Of a stretch of DNA of 40,645 bases, positions 19,340 through 26,490 are shown one piece after another. The notes under the pieces are model-generated. The model had not been told where the DNA came from, searched no databases, and saw only the letters and a program-made list of their open reading frames with translations. Position numbers and translations under genes: made by a program. Source of the stretch: a virus (Duplodnaviria; Caudoviricetes); IMG/VR virus record IMGVR_UViG_3300030207_000688, positions 1 to 40,645 of that record; one strand, 5' to 3'. Positions within the stretch are counted from its first letter, which is position 1, and the number at the start of each line of letters is the position of its first letter.

Positions 19340-19894
19340 ATGGCGAATTCATACATTGAATACACAACAGCAGGTACAGGGACCAACGGATTGGGACAAC
19401 AAACATTTAGCTACGCTGATATAGATGTTCTAAACGCTAACGACATTAAAGTCTTTGGACAAAAAAGTACAGATGGCTCAAAAGGAGAACTTACAGTCTA
19501 CGCAAGAGACGCATCAGCAAAAACTGTAACACTAACACAAACTCCTTCTGCTTGGGCTTCTACTTACATAGAAAAAATTAGAGTGTACCGACAGACAACT
19601 TCAAATGCACTTGTGGACTTTGTTGATGGCGCACGCTTGACCGAGAGTGACCTCGACACCGCTTATAAGCAAGGACTGTTTGTTGCACAAGAAGTATCAG
19701 AAGATGCAGCAGGAATTGGAACTACGAGTACCAACAACCTGTCACTGAGTGGAACTACAACTGCTGCTCAGTTAAAAATCAGTAATGGAAGCGCACCTTC
19801 TACTCCTACAGGTGGAGGTATTCTTTACGTAGAATCAGGAGCTTTAAAGTATAAAGGATCTAGTGGAACTGTTACAACTTTAGGAAACGCTTAA
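19340..19894 (+). CDS. Short tail fibre/adaptor with T7 gp17 N-terminal anchoring domain
   Basis: 184 aa; IRVYRQT...LVDFVDGARLTESDLDTAYKQGLFVAQE is the gp17 N-terminal signature, followed by only ~65 aa. Confidence 0.85.
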   Translation: MANSYIEYTTAGTGTNGLGQQTFSYADIDVLNANDIKVFGQKSTDGSKGELTVYARDASAKTVTLTQTPSAWASTYIEKIRVYRQTTSNALVDFVDGARLTESDLDTAYKQGLFVAQEVSEDAAGIGTTSTNNLSLSGTTTAAQLKISNGSAPSTPTGGGILYVESGALKYKGSSGTVTTLGNA

Positions 19895-19908
19895 TTATCC
19901 CCACGTAC

Positions 19909-20070
19909 ATGAACAATCAATTCACGACTCCGACTGTTGGAGTTTTAGGACTTCTCGCCAACATAACACTTAACGACGTAAACGAGATATTAGCGATACT
20001 AGTAGGTGCAGCTACTCTTGTTTACATGGTGCTAAAAATAATATCAGAATTACGTAAAAAGAATAAATAA
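19909..20070 (+). CDS. Holin, T7 gp17.5 position
   Basis: Manually translated 53 aa: MNNQFTTPTVGVLGLLANITLNDVNEILAILVGAATLVYMVLKIISELRKKNK. Hydrophobic helices and basic C-tail; lies between gp17 and the small terminase. Confidence 0.75.
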   Translation: MNNQFTTPTVGVLGLLANITLNDVNEILAILVGAATLVYMVLKIISELRKKNK

Positions 20071-20074
20071 CTAT

Positions 20075-20314
20075 ATGGATATCAGTAACATGACTACTGA
20101 GGAAAAAGATGATTTTCTCAAGAACATTACAGTTGACTGGATGATAAATCAGGTGCAATCAGGAGAAGCTACACCTTCCCTAATCAACTGCATCAGACAA
20201 TATCTAAAAGACAATGGTGTTCATTCCTCAATCAAGCACGACAACCAAATGCAAGACCTTGTAAGTATTCTTCCATTCAAAGAAGATGACGAAGAAGAAG
20301 TCGCAAATGGTTAA
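20075..20314 (+). CDS. Terminase small subunit, T7 gp18-like
   Basis: 79 aa; QSGEATPSLINCIRQYLKDNGV and LPF motifs; directly before TerL. Confidence 0.85.
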   Translation: MDISNMTTEEKDDFLKNITVDWMINQVQSGEATPSLINCIRQYLKDNGVHSSIKHDNQMQDLVSILPFKEDDEEEVANG

Positions 20315-20338
20315 AGTTATTATATATTATATGTAAAA

Positions 20339-22021
20339 ATGTCTTCTCAAGAATCTATTCCAGAAGAACTAAAAGACTTCAGGAATTTCTTATATCTCAC
20401 TTGGAAGCATCTTAATCTACCAGACCCCACTGACATACAATATGAAATGGCTGACTGGATGCAGAACGGCTCAAAAAGAGCAGTTATCCAAGGCTTTCGA
20501 GGTGTAGGTAAGTCCTGGATATGTTCAGCTTACGTTGTTCATCAACTACTTCTAGACCCTTCAAAAAACATTCTTGTCTGCTCTGCAAGTAAAACAAGAG
20601 CGGATGACTTTAGTACCTTTACTCTAAGGCTCATCCACGAAATGCCAATACTTAAACCCCTTATCCCTTCAGCAGCACAAAGATTTTCAAAGATAAGTTT
20701 TGATGTTGGTCTTGCTCCTGCGAGTCATGCACCGAGCGTAAAGTCGTTGGGCATATCCTCCCAACTTACAGGTAGCAGGGCTGACATCATTGTTGCGGAT
20801 GACGTTGAAGTTCCCAACAATTCGGCTACACAGGGCATGAGAGACAAATTGGGTGAGCAGGTAAAGGAGTTTGAATCAATACTCAAACCTGACAAGGACT
20901 CCAAAATAGTATTCTTAGGAACTCCGCAGTGTGAAGACTCCCTCTACAATAAACTACTTGAGAGAGACTACACTGCGAGTATCTGGACTTGCAAATATAT
21001 AACTCCCGAAAAGAATGAGAAAACATACTATGGGAGAGTAAGTCCACTTTGCGTGTCGAAAGAAAAAGAAGGTAAGTCTACTGAACCACTTAGGTTTAGT
21101 GAACTGGACTTAACGGAAAGAGAAGTAAGTTACGGCAAGGCAGGTTTTGCAATGCAATTTATGTTGGATAGCAGACTGTCTGATCTTGATCGCTATCCGT
21201 TAAAAGTAAACGACTTACTGGTAATGGACATCGATGATGAGGTTGCTCCAGAAAAAGTAGTATGGGCGCAAAGTCCAGAACTCATCTGGGGAGGCGATGT
21301 CCCTAACGTTGGTTTTACTGGTGACAGATTCTACAGACCAATGAAGCAAGTTGGAGACATGATCGAATACACAGGATCAGTAATGTCTATTGACCCATCA
21401 GGAAGAGGTCGTGATGAAACTTCTTGGGCTATTGTAAAAATGCTCAATGGTTATCTCTACGTTCCCGACGCAGGTGGGATGCAAGGTGGTTATGGTGAAG
21501 ACGTTCTAAAAGTTCTCGCCATGAAAGCCAAGAAGCACAAGGTCAATTATATTATTGTCGAAAGTAACTTTGGTGACGGCATGTTTAGTGAACTGTTTAA
21601 ACCTTTTCTTGGTAAGATACACCCCTGTACCATCGAGGAAGTTCGACACAGTATCCAAAAAGAAAAGAGGATCATAGACACACTAGAACCAGTGCTGAGT
21701 CAGCACAAGCTTGTAGTTTCTCCTGATGTAATTAGAAATGACTTTAGCTCGGCTCAGAATTACCCACTGGAAACACAGCTAAAGTATCAGCTTATCTATC
21801 AGCTTTCTAGGCTTACTAGAGACAGAGGAGCAATCACTCACGATGACAGACTTGATGCTCTTGCTATCGCTGTTGCTTATTGGGCAGAACAAATGTCCCA
21901 AGATGCAGAGAAAAAGATAGAAGACAGGAAGGAAGAGCTAATGGATGAGGAGCTAAGAAAAATGGCAGATAATTACTTTGGTAATAAACGTCATCACAGA
22001 AATAGTCCTAATTGGCTTTAG
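20339..22021 (+). CDS. Terminase large subunit, T7 gp19-like
   Basis: 560 aa; Walker A QGFRGVGKSW, LTGSRADIIVADDVE, nuclease IDPSGRGRDE, ESNFGDGMF and HDDRLDALA. Confidence 0.97.
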   Translation: MSSQESIPEELKDFRNFLYLTWKHLNLPDPTDIQYEMADWMQNGSKRAVIQGFRGVGKSWICSAYVVHQLLLDPSKNILVCSASKTRADDFSTFTLRLIHEMPILKPLIPSAAQRFSKISFDVGLAPASHAPSVKSLGISSQLTGSRADIIVADDVEVPNNSATQGMRDKLGEQVKEFESILKPDKDSKIVFLGTPQCEDSLYNKLLERDYTASIWTCKYITPEKNEKTYYGRVSPLCVSKEKEGKSTEPLRFSELDLTEREVSYGKAGFAMQFMLDSRLSDLDRYPLKVNDLLVMDIDDEVAPEKVVWAQSPELIWGGDVPNVGFTGDRFYRPMKQVGDMIEYTGSVMSIDPSGRGRDETSWAIVKMLNGYLYVPDAGGMQGGYGEDVLKVLAMKAKKHKVNYIIVESNFGDGMFSELFKPFLGKIHPCTIEEVRHSIQKEKRIIDTLEPVLSQHKLVVSPDVIRNDFSSAQNYPLETQLKYQLIYQLSRLTRDRGAITHDDRLDALAIAVAYWAEQMSQDAEKKIEDRKEELMDEELRKMADNYFGNKRHHRNSPNWL

Positions 22022-22098
22022 GATTGATGAGGTGGTCTTAGAATTACTTCTAGCTCACATGACACTATTTTTTAACAACGACGATTTTTAAAGGAAAT

Positions 22099-22809
22099 AT
22101 GAAGGATATTAAAGAAGACCTATTTAAAGCACAGGAACATATTAGCAACGCAATAGAACATCTTAACGAACTTGAGAAATTAAAGGAACAACCAAAAGCT
22201 ATCCCCTTTCCCACAAATAGCATACCAAGAGAAGAGCTTAATGTTGGCATTTGTGTTGGACACAGCAGAAAAGGAGATACTGGTGCAGTTAGCTGCGGAG
22301 GCATCAACGAATGGACCTATAACAAAAAAGTTGCTGAGTACCTCAAAAGCGACTTACAGGAGTACGGAATTGCTTCGTTTATTGTAGATGACTACGGAGG
22401 AACCTACGGCTCTTATGTGTCTTCGATGAACTGGCTCGCAAAACACTTAAAGGAACAAAAAGCTTCCGTAGCTCTTGAGCTTCACTTTAACGCTGCTGCA
22501 AGCGACAAAGCAAACGGAATGGAAATGCTACACTGGCACACCTCAAGAATAGGACTCAGTCTTGCCGAGTACGTCCTACAGGGATGTAAGAAATACTTTC
22601 CCCTAGTAAAAAATAGAGGAGTCAAAGGTATAGGAAAGGGATCACGAGGAGCAACCTTTCTTAGACTTCCTACAGTGCCTTGCATTATCACAGAACCCTT
22701 CTTTGGTACAAACTGGCAGGATTGGATAATGTTCGCAGACCAAGAAGCAACTCTAAGCCAAGCCATAGCTCTTGGCGTTAAACAATGGGCAGATGAGCAT
22801 ATCCTATAA
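22099..22809 (+). CDS. N-acetylmuramoyl-L-alanine amidase (Amidase_3-type endolysin)
   Basis: Zn/catalytic motifs ICVGH...GA...E, ELHFNA and IITEPFF; ~47-aa N-terminal helical extension. Confidence 0.88.
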   Translation: MKDIKEDLFKAQEHISNAIEHLNELEKLKEQPKAIPFPTNSIPREELNVGICVGHSRKGDTGAVSCGGINEWTYNKKVAEYLKSDLQEYGIASFIVDDYGGTYGSYVSSMNWLAKHLKEQKASVALELHFNAAASDKANGMEMLHWHTSRIGLSLAEYVLQGCKKYFPLVKNRGVKGIGKGSRGATFLRLPTVPCIITEPFFGTNWQDWIMFADQEATLSQAIALGVKQWADEHIL

Positions 22810-23095
22810 ACCACGCCAAATCACCATAGGTGGGCATAAGTACAAAGTCGTTTATCAGAAAAACCTAGAAGACTTCGGAAACGTCGATATAGACAAAAAA
22901 ATCATTACCCTCAGAGATAACCTTAAACCACAGGAAACACTCGATACGCTGCTTCACGAAGCCTTTCACGCTTGTCTAGCACTCTCTGGACTTAGCTACC
23001 TCATCGATGACGAGAACAAAGAAGAAGCCCTCGTGAGAGCGTTCGATAGCATAATGCTCCCTGTTATCAAAAGAGAAATAAAGAAAACCCTATAA
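22793..23095 (+). CDS. Small HEXXH zincin-like protein (ImmA/IrrE-like fold)
   Basis: Probable ATG at 22793 (100 aa); FGNVDIDKKIITL...DTLLHEAFHA...EEALV. Confidence 0.75.
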   Translation: MSISYKPRQITIGGHKYKVVYQKNLEDFGNVDIDKKIITLRDNLKPQETLDTLLHEAFHACLALSGLSYLIDDENKEEALVRAFDSIMLPVIKREIKKTL

Positions 23096-23108
23096 ATATA
23101 GGCTAAAT

Positions 23109-23131
23109 AATTTACGACTGTATATAATAAA
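23109..23131 (+). promoter_or_regulatory. Phage RNAP promoter (T7 phiOR position)
   Basis: AATTTACGACTGTATATAATAAA is identical to 36423-36445 and shares TACGACT and TATA in register with the T7 promoter TAATACGACTCACTATA. Confidence 0.75.
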
Positions 23132-23256
23132 GGGGGGATATAGGGGGGTTTTCCAAAAAATCCATTACTTATATAGTAATTAGTAATCATAATTGTAATA
23201 TAAGTAGATTAGGAATAAGTTGCAGAAGCAGTATTATAGAACAGTTATAGAGTATA

Positions 23257-23345
23257 ACTTTAAGTAATACTTTAAGTAACCTGTATAAAGGTGTTACTTA
23301 ACAACAGGTTAAATGTGGGAATCTCATTAGTTAGGCTTTAAGTAA
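23257..23345. repeat. Short direct repeats (A)CTTTAAGTAA x3 in the probable genome-end region
   Basis: Copies at 23257-23267, 23269-23279 and 23336-23345. Confidence 0.6.
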
Positions 23346-23772
23346 GCTCTAGGTGGACTGCTTCTGGAACCATCCCACTGATTAGTTTTGGTAAAAAAAT
23401 GTGAAGGGGTATACGTTACAAGACGAGCGACTCCAGGACCCCATAGCCCTGCCCCATCTTTTAAAATGTGTGGTAAATGTCGCCTTTTTGTCATTAAATA
23501 TAGGGGGAGTCTATATTTGCAGCGAATACAGCCACTTAACGCAAGATGTTTGATCTTGTGAGCTTGGTTTTTGTTTGTTGCTTGTGTTGTTTTCTTTTGG
23601 CTATGTGTTTGTTTGTTGTCCTGTGTTTTTGTTCTTGCTTGTATTCACATTGTAAATACTCAAATCTTTTTCAATTATTTATCTTGATATACTCTTTTGA
23701 TGTGCTACTTGTAACCACTGCAAACGTTTTGCAATAACTAAAAAAAACTAACCATTATTAAAAACTACTAAT

Positions 23773-24054
23773 ATGTTGCCTAAACATCTTGAAAACAGAG
23801 AAGTAATAATCCTTGATGACATAACCGAAGCTTACAGGGAGTATTATAATCACGTGGAAGAAGAATTCCTTGAAGCTAACGAAGACTTGAGACTCGAACA
23901 AATCGGATACAATAAAAAACAAATTGATGAGTTATCAGAAGAAGAACTGAGGTATGAAGAATGGGAGTTGAGGAATGAAAGATTTCTTAACAACTGTATC
24001 AAGTCCGAAAAGATAGTAAGAACTCAATTTGGATTATTATTAATAACTAATTAA
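23773..24054 (+). CDS. Early acidic hypothetical protein
   Basis: 93-aa Glu-rich ORF with an A-rich leader; first early gene. Confidence 0.7.
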   Translation: MLPKHLENREVIILDDITEAYREYYNHVEEEFLEANEDLRLEQIGYNKKQIDELSEEELRYEEWELRNERFLNNCIKSEKIVRTQFGLLLITN

Positions 24055-24071
24055 TTCTTTTTAAATTCTTT

Positions 24072-24099
24072 TTGACAATTATTTTAATCTTTTCATATT
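24072..24099 (+). promoter_or_regulatory. Host sigma70-like early promoter
   Basis: TTGACA (24072-24077), 16-nt spacer, CATATT (24094-24099), AT-rich upstream sequence. Confidence 0.55.
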
Positions 24100-24106
24100 A
24101 CATTAA

Positions 24107-24187
24107 ATGATATTCTTATTATCAATGATAACTCTTTTTTCGTTGTTCTGCGTTGTTGTCGGAATCATCGAAAAATTCACTAAATAA
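24107..24187 (+). CDS. Putative 26-aa single-pass membrane peptide, possibly leaderless
   Basis: Manual translation MIFLLSMITLFSLFCVVVGIIEKFTK; ATG lies 8 nt after the -10 box. Confidence 0.45.
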   Translation: MIFLLSMITLFSLFCVVVGIIEKFTK

Positions 24188-24217
24188 TAAACTAACCAAA
24201 AAAAAAAACTAACCATT

Positions 24218-24523
24218 ATGGAAACTACCACTATTAACACGCCAAAAGTTCACAATATGACTTCATCAAATGGGAATAAGATTGCTAATCAATTTGTAAT
24301 CGAATTGGGAATTGATGAGGAAATATTCCAAAGTTATAAAACAATAATTGCTCATAAAAAAGGTGCAGAGATAACTTTGGATTCTGATTATTGGGACTAT
24401 TCAAGAACCACTTCAAAATATAGAAACTCTTTTCTTGATATGACAACGCAAGAGATAAAGCAAGGAATCAAAAGTGGCTCTATTAAGCTTGAAAAATTAA
24501 ATGGTGCTAATCATTACGCTTAG
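24218..24523 (+). CDS. Conserved phage early protein of unknown function
   Basis: 101 aa; the NQFVI...FQSYKTIIA...YWDYSRTTSKYRNSFL pattern resembles a recurrent phage hypothetical family (from memory, not searched). Confidence 0.8.
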   Translation: METTTINTPKVHNMTSSNGNKIANQFVIELGIDEEIFQSYKTIIAHKKGAEITLDSDYWDYSRTTSKYRNSFLDMTTQEIKQGIKSGSIKLEKLNGANHYA

Positions 24524-24533
24524 TAAATAGAAG

Positions 24534-24590
24534 ACAGCCTATCAGGTTTAATTACTTGATGGGCTGTATTCAGTTTATTAATAAAACTGA
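24534..24590 (+). other. Intergenic tandem RNA hairpins (processing site or terminator)
   Basis: 14-bp stem ACAGCCTATCAGGT/ACTTGATGGGCTGT (2 G-U) with loop TTAATT, then a 7-bp stem TCAGTTT/AAACTGA. Confidence 0.6.
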
Positions 24591-24628
24591 GATAAAAAAA
24601 TAATATTAACAAACTACCAAAAAAATAA

Positions 24629-24976
24629 ATGGCAAAAATACTAAATAAAATTGCAAAAGTAATTCATACAAGCGAATCCCTTAAAGAGTTAGATGGGGAC
24701 TTTGAAAATTGGCATTATCAATTAGATGATAACGAAGAATACATGTTATCAAAAGGGGAATTTGGATGGCTTCAACACGTTACTAATTCCTACTCGATAG
24801 CCTCACACATTTGGGATAATTCATATTGTGACGATGATAATAATCTAATTTATAAAGTTGATTTGTTTGGAATGTCCGAAGCTCTAAAAGCTGATGGCAT
24901 GGCTCCAAAGGCTGTAATGCTAGATGATGAAACAGCATTGCAAGCAATATTCTTTTATTCCTCTTATCTTGATTAA
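24629..24976 (+). CDS. Early acidic hypothetical protein
   Basis: 115-aa ORF with an AACTACCA-containing leader. Confidence 0.75.
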   Translation: MAKILNKIAKVIHTSESLKELDGDFENWHYQLDDNEEYMLSKGEFGWLQHVTNSYSIASHIWDNSYCDDDNNLIYKVDLFGMSEALKADGMAPKAVMLDDETALQAIFFYSSYLD

Positions 24977-24984
24977 AAACAATT

Positions 24985-25314
24985 ATGAAAACAAAACCAA
25001 TATTATTAAACCAAACGCAAAAAGTAGGAAGCAACTCTAGAATTTGCTTATGGAATAGAAAACTAAATGATGCAGGGTTTCAAAGTGGAACCCCAATAAA
25101 AATAGAAGCCATTAATGGCGTTATAAAAATAACAAGAGATCCAAACGCTAAGCGCAAGGTATCAAAAGTTATTAATCATGGAAATGAATTACCAGTCATT
25201 GACCTTAAAAATACTAAAGCATTGCCACTTGCTGAGATGTTCTCACAAGGTGACAAAGTTAGTGTTAACATTGCAAGCGATCTTATTGAGATCAAAAGAA
25301 GGGAGGAGGCTTAA
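24985..25314 (+). CDS. SymE/AbrB-like swapped-hairpin protein
   Basis: 109 aa; ICLWNRKLNDAGFQSGTPIKIEAINGVIKIT matches the SymE-like L..AGF..G..(I/V).(I/V)....G.I pattern; second similar repeat FSQGDKVSVNIASDLIEI. Confidence 0.55.
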   Translation: MKTKPILLNQTQKVGSNSRICLWNRKLNDAGFQSGTPIKIEAINGVIKITRDPNAKRKVSKVINHGNELPVIDLKNTKALPLAEMFSQGDKVSVNIASDLIEIKRREEA

Positions 25315-25316
25315 TA

Positions 25317-25508
25317 ATGAGAGATCCAAAAGACGATGATTTAGTTCATATTTTAGACCTTAAAGAAGAAAAGGTTTTAGCTGTAAATAATTTAGAGCTT
25401 TGTTGTTTTGTGAATGAGGAAATATTTAGTGAAGAAAAGCGATTTATTTTAGTTCCAAACGCTCATGTAGCAGAACAAGTAATGAGAGGGGAGGAAGTAA
25501 AGGTATGA
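25317..25508 (+). CDS. Early hypothetical protein
   Basis: 63 aa, tightly packed in the operon, with GGGAGGAGG upstream. Confidence 0.65.
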   Translation: MRDPKDDDLVHILDLKEEKVLAVNNLELCCFVNEEIFSEEKRFILVPNAHVAEQVMRGEEVKV

Positions 25509-25726
25509 CAAAAGAAGTTATCGAATTGCAAGAGTTAGCAGATTATTTCTCTGACTGGTTAAGAGACATTGAGCATTCTATTGATTACGATATTTTTGAT
25601 GCGGTGATGGCTAGTCTTATTAAAGATCTATGTGAGAGGGGAAAGATAAAGTCGTATGGATGGAATGAAAAAGACGGATTAACTTTTGAGATGAAAGAGG
25701 ACTATAAAGATGTACTCAATTATTGA
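25505..25726 (+). CDS. Early hypothetical protein
   Basis: 73 aa acidic ORF; ATGA overlap with the previous stop. Confidence 0.7.
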   Translation: MTKEVIELQELADYFSDWLRDIEHSIDYDIFDAVMASLIKDLCERGKIKSYGWNEKDGLTFEMKEDYKDVLNY

Positions 25727-25901
25727 AAACGTGGAGCAACAGACTTCCACCTTATTTAATGCAAACTGGAGGGGCAATGTAAATTGCCTCTCTTTTTGTG
25801 CCGAAAATTTAGGCTATAAAATTTTTAAAATCTATAATGAAAGAGGGGAGTACGCTTCTAAACATTGCAAGCGAGGTTCATTATTAATGGAGAAGATATA
25901 A
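25710..25901 (+). CDS. Early hypothetical protein
   Basis: 63 aa overlapping the previous gene; fills the operon gap. Confidence 0.55.
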   Translation: MYSIIENVEQQTSTLFNANWRGNVNCLSFCAENLGYKIFKIYNERGEYASKHCKRGSLLMEKI

Positions 25902-25914
25902 ACTAAAATTATTT

Positions 25915-26256
25915 ATGAAAACTGAAGTAAAGAAAAAAAGAAAACGACCAAGGCTTGAAAATTACCAAGAAGTAGTTAGTAAGGTTCTTGATTCCATTGC
26001 AAGACACTCAGGTTATAGTTCTGAGCGTATTAGAAACAACAGCGACCATTTAACAGTCGGTTGGAGGCATTTGGCTATGTACGTCCTACAAATACATTAT
26101 GATTGGACTTTGAGAGGCATTGCAGAAGTCTTCGATCAGACAGCACAAAATGTTTATACTGCTAATAATGCTTTTGAAGCAAAGTTAAATGACGAGGAGA
26201 AGCAGCATGAATATTCACCAATACTCAGAAAAGTAATTGAGGACTTAGAGTTATGA
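25915..26256 (+). CDS. DnaA C-terminal (domain IV)-like helix-turn-helix protein
   Basis: RHLAMYVLQIHYDWTLRGIAEVFDQTAQNVYTANNAFEAKL parallels the DnaA domain IV pattern RQIAMYL......SL..IG..F..RDHTTV.HA. Confidence 0.7.
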   Translation: MKTEVKKKRKRPRLENYQEVVSKVLDSIARHSGYSSERIRNNSDHLTVGWRHLAMYVLQIHYDWTLRGIAEVFDQTAQNVYTANNAFEAKLNDEEKQHEYSPILRKVIEDLEL

Positions 26257-26339
26257 TAATGTTTGCTGCTGTTGCAGTATCCTGGTTATTACTTATTATT
26301 CTTATACTAAGATTTTTTAAAGTAAATGATTGGGAATAA
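26253..26339 (+). CDS. Putative 28-aa single-pass membrane peptide
   Basis: Manual translation MIMFAAVAVSWLLLIILILRFFKVNDWE; ATGA overlap with the previous stop suggests translational coupling. Confidence 0.55.
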   Translation: MIMFAAVAVSWLLLIILILRFFKVNDWE

Positions 26340-26343
26340 TGGG

Positions 26344-26371
26344 TTGACTTAAATAAAAACTACATCACATT
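26344..26371 (+). promoter_or_regulatory. Host sigma70-like promoter for the putative sRNA
   Basis: TTGACT (26344-26349), 16-nt spacer, CACATT (26366-26371); same geometry as the promoter at 24072. Confidence 0.5.
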
Positions 26372-26380
26372 AATATTATT

Positions 26381-26453
26381 GGAGATCAAATTGGGATTTT
26401 TTCGGCAAGTTTATTTGGTAGTTTTCTTGTTGCCCTTTTTGATCTCTTTTTTT
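26381..26453 (+). ncRNA. Putative self-terminating small regulatory RNA
   Basis: Stems GAGATCAAA/TTTGATCTC, GGG/CCC and CGGCAAG/CTTGTTG enclose a 16-nt loop TTTATTTGGTAGTTTT. It is followed by a run of 7 T and preceded by a promoter. Confidence 0.55.
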
Positions 26454-26459
26454 GTCTAT

Positions 26460-26490
26460 TTGACAAGGTTACTATTGTAATATTTATTAT
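26460..26490 (+). promoter_or_regulatory. Possible host promoter for the integrase/RNAP operon
   Basis: Perfect TTGACA at 26460-26465; the best -10 (TATTAT, 26485-26490) has a suboptimal 19-nt spacing. Confidence 0.35.

Larger units (their letters stand above)
23740..24219 (+). repeat. 19-nt direct repeat AAAAAAAACTAACCATTAT in the leaders of two early genes
   Basis: Exact copies at 23740-23758 and 24201-24219. Confidence 0.7.

Noticed and set aside
19895-19903. TTATCCCCA as a DnaA box
   Set aside because: A single 8/9 match with no cluster is expected by chance.
23400-23470. GC-rich patch as a tRNA-derived attP core or tRNA gene
   Set aside because: No GTTCRA T-loop or acceptor-stem pattern on either strand; no tRNA gene was seen anywhere in the window.
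23327-23494. 55-codon minus-strand ORF (MTKRRHLPHILKDG...)
   Set aside because: No motif, and it spans the probable terminal-repeat region; chance is sufficient.
23546-23737. 63-aa Cys/Phe/Leu-rich ORF as a membrane protein
   Set aside because: Its hydrophobicity is a by-product of the G/T-rich low-complexity tract, and it runs through the likely promoter region.
23257-24230. Short repeats as a CRISPR or mini-array
   Set aside because: Repeats are 10-19 nt, irregularly spaced, without uniform spacers, and no cas genes are present.
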